A DNA stretch of 64,000 nt from Eledone cirrhosa. Lineage: Eukaryota. The stretch spans positions 15,004,001-15,068,000 of the forward strand of contig OZ024766.1 of assembly GCA_964016885.1 (NCBI GenBank), given 5' to 3'. The notes below the pieces were generated by a model that was given only the letters and a program-made list of their open reading frames with translations, made no database searches and was not told the DNA's origin. The position numbers and the translations under genes are program-made. Positions 54,651-64,000 of the stretch are shown here, piece after piece; within the stretch, counting starts at the first letter, position 1, and each line of letters starts with the position of its first letter.

Positions 54651-54741
54651 TGTGAAACAGCTTCATGTATTCGTGGGTTACCAGTTCTGTCTTCCTTTAC
54701 CTGTAAACCAGTTGCTGCTCCACGTAATTTCTCCATTTTAG
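54651..54741 (-). CDS. Linker and first ankyrin half-repeat exon
   Basis: 91 bp, phase 1-2, aacag acceptor and gtaagt donor; KMEKLRGAATGLQVKEDRTGNPRIHEAVS, continuing in frame into QKNYEEV. Confidence 0.78.
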
Positions 54742-54762
54742 CTGTTAATATATATATATATA

Positions 54763-55735
54763 TCATCATCATTTAACGTCCATCTTCCACGCTAGCATGG
54801 GTTGGACGGTTTTGTTTCACTTAAGGCAAGATTTGTCGGGAGACCGTGTCCTGCTCATACAGAACTGTCCCTGGCAGGTTTTCTATGGCTGGATGCCCTT
54901 CCTAACACCAACCACATTTACAGTGTGGACTGGGAGCCTTTTTACCGTGTCTCCTACATGACCACTTTACAATGTGGACTGGGAGCTCTTTGTCGTGTCA
55001 CCAACATGACCACTTTACAGTGGTCCTCCCATTTCTATGGGAGGACAGAGTAGGGTGTGTGGAGTGGGGTGTATATTGGGTTAAGAGGTACCTACTGACT
55101 GTAGGTTTAAGTTTGTATGCCAGAGAAAGCAGGTCTCCTGTACAACTGCATAGTACCAAAGATCTCGATCCAGTGATATTGTCTTAGAGAGGTTTAAGTG
55201 AACAAGGTCAGTTTTTACAGCTCGTCCCAGGTTTTCCTTGGTCTACCCACTCCGTAGCTTCCATCAATGTTCATTGCCCTGCACTTTTTTATACAGCTGT
55301 TGTCCTCCATACGCATCACATGACCATACCAACACAATCTCCTCTCCAGAACACAACATTTGACACCTCTTATGCTTAGTCTCTCTCTCAATTCGTTTAT
55401 GCTTTGCCATTCGCTCACATTACTATTACACATCCATCGGAGCATGCAAGCTTCATTTCTTTCTAATCTACACAAGCCTTCAACACACGACACCCAAGTC
55501 TCACTACCATGTAACATTGCTCTTCGTATACAAGCATCATACAATCTGCCTATCACTTTTAGAAAAAAGCCTGTTGCCGCCAACAGCGGTATTAGCTCTC
55601 TGAACTTTTTCCATCCCGTTTTAACTCTGGCTACTTCAATTTCAGAGCACCCTCCACTACTGCTGATTTTGTCACCCAGTTAACGGAAAGTGTCTACTAT
55701 TTCTATAGAACCATCTGGGCAGTTGAAATGAGATA
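54763..55735 (-). mobile_element. RTE LINE 3' fragment related to family B
   Basis: ORF 55215-55583 (LYDACIRRAMLHGSETW...WYGHV...GRPRKTW); family B-like 3' UTR. Confidence 0.85.
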
Positions 55736-56391
55736 GAATCCAGTAGTTCTATAGAAATCATCATCATCAGTTTTACGTCCATTCTTCCACACTAGCATGG
55801 GTTAGACAGATTGTCCTGCTGTGGGCGATGTTAGGTCAGGTGACCTTGTCTTGCTCATACGGGAACTGATTTTGGCTTGATTTCTACAGCTGGATGTCCA
55901 TATATATATATATATATATATATATGCAAGTGTATTTTATTAAATGTAACTTAAAATTAAAACCTTCAATGTATGATTTTTGCCTATTAAAAATAATCTA
56001 AAAAAAGGGGACACCATTGCCTATGTGACTCAAACTGACATTTGCCTTATACAGGACATCTTTACTTACCAGTTACAATCGACATATATATATATGGAGG
56101 CATATGGCTTAGTGGTTAGAGCATTGGCCTTGCAATCGAAAGGTTGTGAGTTCAATTCTCAGTGATGTGTTGTTTCCTTGAGCAAGACACTTTATTTCAG
56201 ATTGCTCCAGTTTACTCAGCTGTAGAAATGAGATGATAGGGACTATCATTTTTGCCACAGCAAAAAAGCACCCAGCACTCACTGTAAATCAGGTTGGTGT
56301 AAGGAAGGGCATCCAGCTGTAGAAATCAAGCCAGAATCAGTTCCCGTCCCACCCTTGCAAGCAGGGAAAATGCGGACGTAAAATGAAATGA

Positions 56392-56434
<43 letters not shown>

Positions 56435-58425
56435 TACATACAAGGGTGAGTCAAAATATAATGCAATTTTTGTCATAGAAAACAACATCATACTTCGGGA
56501 CTGGGCATATCAAAAGATCAAAATAACGGAGGTAAACTTTGTTCCATCATTATGCTTTTCTTATTTTTCTGTTCAAGTTCTGATGAGATCATAGCTGTGG
56601 AATAATGGTTATCATCCGAAATATATATAACAGGGACTATGTATAAACAAAGTTAATTTTAACCTATTGACTTACACTTCTTGTTTATATATATGTGGAG
56701 GATATATAAAACAGGAAACAAGAAGGTGTAAATAGCAAGGGGCATAAATATGAGGGAAGGGAGATAATTTGACAACATAACATAACTAGTATTTAATAGA
56801 ATTTAATGTTGAAATACTAAGGAGATATTTAAAGAAAAAGGAAGAGAGGTGTTAGTATTATACTTAATGGTAGAATAAAAAGTGAATATAGGAGTGAAAA
56901 GAAATAGCATGCAAAATTAATGGAGAGGGTTAATATAGGAGGAATCATTAAAATTGAAATAATTAAGGGGAGTGATGTATATTAAGACAATGGAGGAAAG
57001 ATAAATAAAAGTATATTATAAAATAAAGGGTAAGAAAATGATAGAAGAAAAGAAAAGTAAGATTATCATGTTTAATGTCCAGGCTATGTATACGAGAGTG
57101 TAAGAGGTGAAATTATTAGGTAAATGTTCCTCAAGTGATTAATTTAAGTGTAGAGTTAAGGGGAGGTCTAGGTTGAGGGTCATACATAGGTGTGAAGAAA
57201 TAGAGTGAAGAAGAAAAGGAAAGACTAAAGAGATGAAAGGAAAATAGGTGTTAATAAGTTATGCTAAGGTAAAAGGAGATTCAGCAATAGGAATACTAAT
57301 TATAAAGATAAAAATAAAATATAGATAGAAATTAAAATATTTTAAAAGAAGGGGTTTATAAAGATATGGTCAAAGAGTATAAAATTAATCACAAAAGGGG
57401 AAAAGGCCTAGATAGGGAGGGTTAATACTAATAAGAAATAGGATAGAGGGATATTATAGGAAATGTATTATAAATAAATAATTATAATTCTCACAACTAA
57501 TCACCTATCTCTCCTCCTTGGTTAGTTGGTACACATAATATTGATATATATATATATAATGCAAGTATACAAACAGCAATAAATGTAAAGTAACTGAGAG
57601 AGACGCTGGGTATAAGAGGGATCAGATGCAGTATGCTAGAGTGGAGAATGTGTTGGTTTGGTCATGTGATGTATATGAAGGACAGCAGTTGTATAAAAAG
57701 GTATAAAAAGGTACAGGATGGTCAAAATTGATGGAAGCTATGAAATAGGAAGACCCAGGAAGACCTGGGATAAGGTGATAAAAGCTGACCTTGCACACTT
57801 GCACCTCTCAAAGACAATGACACAGGATAGAGATCACTGGTGTTAAGCAGTAATATACAATACACACTTTGCCATGTCCACAGACTCATACATCTAGTAG
57901 GCACCTCTTACTGTACCCACTCCTCTCCACACTACCTGTACACTGTGAATAAAACATATCCAGCCCACACTGTAAATGGTTGTGTAAGAGCCACAACAAA
58001 AAGCACCCAGCACACATTGTAAATGTGGTTGGCATTAGGAGGGACATCCAGCTGTAGAAGCCTAGCCAGAAACAGTTCTATGTGAGTAAAACACGGTCAC
58101 CTGACGCTACTTGCATCAAATGGGACAACCCGTCTAGCCCATGCTAGCATGAAAAATGGACAGTAAACGATAAAAATTTGTTTTTGTACAAGAAAACACA
58201 AATATAGGTGAAGATAGAATAAAAGTTCAAATATAAGATTTATGACTATAAACCATTTAGACAGGTTTGAATAACAGAACAGCTTACTCATAAAATTAAG
58301 GTGCAAAAGATACAATATGTTCCTGGGAATTGAACTGGGAATTGAACTTATGATCATGAGACAAACACACTAACCACTAAGTCATGAATGGAAATATACA
58401 GACAGATTATCAAATAATTACTTAC

Positions 58426-58784
58426 TAAATTCATCCACCGTACATACAGTCATTCCACACTGTGGACAATGTTCAATTGTGGAACAACATTTTCCACAAG
58501 CCACTTTATGTGGACATGGAGTGGATGTATTGGTGGCTTTATTAATCTGACATGGAGTGGATGTATTGGTGGCTTTCTTAATCTGACATGGAGTGGATGT
58601 ATTGGTGGCTTTCTTAATCTGACATGGAGTGGATGTATTGGTGGCTTTATTAATCTGACATGGAGTGGATGTATTGGTGGCTTTCTTAATCTGACATGGA
58701 GTGGATGTATTGGTGGCTTTCTTAATCTGACATGGAGTGGATGTATTGGTGGCTTTCTTAACCTTACATGGGGGACATACAGAT
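58426..58784 (-). CDS. RING-HC (IAP/Mind-bomb-type) exon with seven 12-aa repeats
   Basis: 359 bp, phase 2-1; SVCPPC-(xxxKATNTSTPC)x7-PHKVACGKCCSTIEHCPQC. Confidence 0.82.
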
Positions 58785-60207
58785 CTGTAAAAGAAAATAA
58801 AGATAAAACTCACAAACGACATTAATTTACACCAAATATTACATTGTATACAAGTTTACAGAGAAGGGTACAACAACCTCTCTAGTATTGGTGACATGAT
58901 AAAATACAACCAGTACACTCTGTAATGTGGTTGGTAATAGGAAGGGCTTCCTGTCATACAAAACTTTCCAAACAAAGGATAGAAAGGATTCTGTAGTGGT
59001 TTCAAAGACATGACAACATCCCTAGTGCTGGTGCCATGATTAAATCAGCAGTGCCTTTCATGATGATGATGATGCTGATTTATAATAAAAGGTGGGATTT
59101 GAACTCATAACGTTCAGGGCCATAACTCTATGCTGCAAAGCATGGTGTGTGACACTCTACTGATACTGTCAATCCATAATAATAATGAAAATTATTGTGT
59201 ACAATGCTCAGGTGCAATACAACTCATCAAAGGTTCATGTATTGTACATAGAGTAATGTAGAAATATCAGGAAAGTGAACAGTGATTGAGTCAAGATACA
59301 CACACACATGCGTGCATGTATGGAGGTGAGGATATCAGGTGTAGTGTTGGAGCATTTCAGGAAGGATGGAGGTGTTAAAGGATGCAGTGTCCTGACAGCT
59401 AACAACTGATGCAGGTAGTTGGTTCCATGCTTCAGTAACTCTGAGCATGAAAAGATGTTTCTGAAAGTCATGGGGTCTGTACTGTTTTCCTGCTATTTCT
59501 TGGCTTAAAGCAGAAATCAGTTGTCAAACTTCCACAACTTCTGTATTGAGGGTCTATTTTTTGTTGTTGTTGTTGATGTTCTTCAACAGTAATGGTAGGG
59601 GAAGACATGGTAGTTGGTTTGTGTTGTTGTTCAACAGCAATGGTATAGGAAGACACACAGGCCAGGGACTGAAAGGACCAATTTGGTAGCTGCACCTTTT
59701 CCTAGAGTCCATCCATCATCGAAATATGGTGTCTCTTTTTTTGACCTGGGATCTTTGGAATGTTTATGGCACATTGACGACAGAGAGAAACGTGACATTT
59801 ACCACATTGAATCTATTTTGGAAATAGTTCTTGGGTTCGGTACATAGATGACAGACGTGATTTTCCTGGCAATCTTCTATTTTGGGACAGAGAACAGTTT
59901 TATTACACACCCCTCATCTATGGATGTCACCATAGCAATTATGTTCTGTCTGTCCATCCATACAATACAACAATAGGTAAACAAATAGATATGTCTAAGT
60001 ATAACACACTTGTTAAGGAGATCAATAAAATATATTTTCTTTCTGTTTTCCTATTCTACGTGTGTGTGTATATAAAAAGATCTACACATGTATATATAAT
60101 TAAGAGATGTATATAGGCTAGAAATGAAGTCTATGTCCAGTGTTTATAATGTAGGTACGATAGTTACTATAGTTTCTCACACACTAAACAGGATTTCCTT
60201 GCACTTT

Positions 60208-60433
60208 CTGTGTGTATGTATATATATATGTGTGTGTGTGTATATATTTATGTGTGTGTGTGTGTGTATCTACATATATATGTGTGTGTATATCTAGGTA
60301 TATATATATATATGTGTGTGTATCTACATATATATATATATATATATATATATGGGTGTGTGTATGTGTGTGTATCTACATATATATATATATATAGATA
60401 CACACACACACCCATATATATATATATGTAGAT

Positions 60434-60474
<41 letters not shown>

Positions 60475-63400
60475 GACACACACATACACATATATATATA
60501 TATGTGTGTGTGTGTGATCTACATATATATGTGTGTATGTGTGTGTGTATCTACATATATACATATATGTATGTGTGTGTGTGTGTGTGTATCTACATAT
60601 ATGTGTGTGTGTGTGTGTATATCTACATATATGTGTGTGTGTGTGTATCTACATATATATATATGTGTGTGTGTGTATCTACATATGGGTGTGTGTGTGT
60701 ATCTACATATCTACATACATATGTGTGTGTGTGTACATATGTGTGTGTGTGTATCTACATACATGTATGTGTGTGTCTGTGTGTGTATCTACATGTGTGT
60801 GTGTGTGTCTACATATGTGTGTGTGTATCTACGTATATATGTGTGTGTGTGTCTGTGTGTATCTACATATGTGTGTGTGTGTATATCTACATATATATGT
60901 GTGTGCGTGTGTGTATCTACATATATATGTGTGTGTGTGTGTATCTACATACATATATGTGTGTGTGTGTGTATCTACATACATATGTGTGTGTGTGTAT
61001 ATCTACATATATGTGTGTGTGTGTATCTACATATATATGTGTGTGTGTATCTACATATGTGTATGTGTGTGTATCTATATATATGTGTGTGTGTGTGTAT
61101 CTACATATGTGTGTGTGTGTGTATCTACATATATGTGTGTGTGTGTATCTACATATATATGTGTGTATGTGTGTATATCTACATATATGTGTGTGTGTGT
61201 GTATCTACATATATATGTGTGTGTGTGTATATCTACATATATGTGTGTGTGTGTATCTACATATGTGTGTGTGTGTGTGTGTATCTACATATGTGTGTGT
61301 GTGTATCTACATGTGTGTGTGTGTATCTACATATATATGTGTGTGTGTGTGTATATCTACATATATGTGTGTGTGTGTGTGTGTATCTACATATGGGTGT
61401 GTGTGTGTGTATCTACATATCTACATATATATGTGTGTGTGTGTATCTACATACATATGTGTGTGTGTGTGTGCATATGTGTGTGTGTGTGTGTGTACAT
61501 ATGTGTGTGTGTGTATCTACATACATATATGTGTGTGTGTGTGTACATATGTGTGTGTGTGTATCTACATACATATGTGTGTGTGTGTGTGTATCTACAT
61601 ATATGTGTGTGTGTGTACATGTGTGTGTGTATCTACATACATATATGTGTGTGTGTGTGTGTGTATCTACATATATGTGTGTGTGTGTGTATCTACATAT
61701 ATGTGTGTGTGTGTGTATCTACATATGTGTGTGTTTGTATCTACATATATATGTGTGTGTGTGTGTGTGTATCTACATATATGTGTGTGTGTATCCACAT
61801 GTGTGTGTGTATCTACATATATGTGTGTGTGTATCTACATATGTGTGTGTGTGTATATCTACATATATATGTGTGTGTGTGTATATCTACATATGTGTGT
61901 GTGTGTATATCTACATATATGTGTGTGTGTGTAACTACATATATATGTGTGTATGTGTGTATATCTACATATATGTGTGTGTGTGTATCTACATATATGT
62001 GTGTGTGTGTGTATCTACATATGTGTGTGTGTGTATCTACATATGTGTGTGTGTATCTACATATGTGTGTGTGTATCTACATACATATGTGTGTGTGTGT
62101 ATATCTACATATATGTGTGTGTGTGTATCTACATATATGTGTGTGTGTGTATCTACATATGTGTATGTGTGTGTATCTATATATATGTGTGTGTGTGTGT
62201 ATCTACATATGTGTGTGTGTGTGTATCTACATATATGTGTGTGTGTGTATCTACATATATATGTGTGTATGTGTGTATATCTACATATATGTGTGTGTGT
62301 GTGTATCTACATATATATGTGTGTGTGTGTATATCTACATATATGTGTGTGTGTGTATCTACATATGTGTGTGTGTGTGTGTGTATCTACATATGTGTGT
62401 GTGTGTATCTACATATGTGTGTGTGTGTATCTACATATATATGTGTGTGTGTGTGTATATCTACATATATGTGTGTGTGTGTGTGTGTATCTACATAGGG
62501 GTGTGTGTGTGTGTATCTACATATCTACATATATATGTGTGTGTGTATCTACATACATATGTGTGTGTGTGTGTGCATATGTGTGTGTGTGTGTGTGTAC
62601 ATATGTGTGTGTGTGTGTATCTACATATATGTGTGTGTGTGTGTACATATGTGTGTGTGTGTATCTACATACATGTGTGTGTGTGTGTGTATCTACATAT
62701 ATGTGTGTGTGTGTACATGTGTGTGTGTATCTACATACATATATGTGTGTGTGTGTGTGTGTATCTACATATATGTGTGTGTGTGTGTATCTACATATAT
62801 GTGTGTGTGTGTATCTACATATGTGTGTGTGTGTATCTACATATATATGTGTGTGTGTGTGTGTGTATCTACATATATGTGTGTGTATCCACATGTGTGT
62901 GTGTATCTACATATATGTGTGTGTGTATCTACATATGTGTGTGTGTGTATATCTACATATATATGTGTGTGTGTGTATATCTACATATGTGTGTGTGTGT
63001 ATATCTACATATATGTGTGTGTGTGTAACTACATATATATGTGTGTATGTGTGTATATCTACATATATGTGTGTGTGTGTATCTACATATATGTGTGTGT
63101 GTGTGTATCTACATATGTGTGTGTGTGTATCTACATATGTGTGTGTGTATCTACATATGTGTGTGTGTGTATCTACATATATGTGTGTGTGTATCTATAT
63201 ATGTGTGTTTGTGTATCTACATATGTGTGTGTGTGTATCTACATATATATGTGTGTGTGTATCTACATATGTGTGTGTGTGTGTGTGTATCTATATATGT
63301 GTGTGTGTGTATCAACATATATATGTGTGTGTGTATCTACATATGTGTGTGTGTGTGTATCTACATATGTGTGTGTGTGTATCTACATATATATGTGTGT

Positions 63401-64000
63401 GTGTATCTACATGTGTGTGTGTGTGTATATCTACATATATGTGTGTGTGTGTGTGTGTATCTACATACATGTGTGTGTGTGTGTGTATCTACATATATTT
63501 GTGTGTGTGTGTACATATGTGTGTGTGTGTATCTACATATATGTGTGTGTGTACATATGTGTGTGTGTATCTACATACATATATGTGTGTGTGTGTGTGT
63601 GTATCTACATATATATGTGTGTGTGTGTATCTACATATATATGTGTGTGTGTGTATCCACATGTGTGTGTGTATCTACATATATGTGTGTGTGTGTATCC
63701 ACATGTGTGTGTGTGTGTATCTACATATATATGTGTGTGTGTGTGTATCCACACGTGTTTGTGTATCTACATATATGTGTGTGTGTGTATCTACATATGT
63801 GTGTGTGTGTATATCTACATATATATGTGTGTGTGTGTATATCTACATATGTGTGTGTGTGTATATCTACATATATGTGTGTGTGTGTGTATATCTACAT
63901 ATATGTGTGTGTGTGTGTGTATCTACATATGGGTGTGTGTGTATCTACATATCTACATATATATGTGTGTGTGTGTGTGTGTATCTACATATATGTGTGT
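60208..64000. repeat. Compound (TG)n-ATCTACAT-(AT)n minisatellite, more than 3.7 kb, runs off the window
   Basis: Repeating gtgtgtgtatctacatatat units of variable length. Confidence 0.97.

Noticed and set aside
60468-63028. 488-aa and 831-aa CV-rich ORFs
   Set aside because: Artefacts of the (TG)n compound minisatellite.

Overview
Repeat-dense animal genomic DNA. The (TA)n load, the RTE/CR1 LINEs, the tRNA-SINEs and the C2H2/ankyrin content suggest a cephalopod (octopus-like) genome; this is an inference. Most of the window is mobile DNA: several RTE-clade LINE families (one carrying a PHD finger inside the reverse transcriptase), three near-identical CR1-like LINE copies (one full length and apparently intact), an L1/Tx1-like fragment, Helitrons, a TTAA MITE, SINEs and minisatellites. 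Most young insertions sit in (TA)n tracts. Small non-coding islands, often inverted repeats, carry type I hammerhead ribozyme motifs of the Penelope/retrozyme kind. Two host genes lie on the minus strand. The first is represented by two 138-bp EGF-like exons. The second is a seven-exon, phase-consistent partial gene read by hand: RING (expanded by a coding 36-bp repeat), about 7 ankyrin repeats, a deleted RING remnant, then a Death domain; it was shaped by an intragenic duplication. All calls come from reading the sequence by eye and no searches were run.
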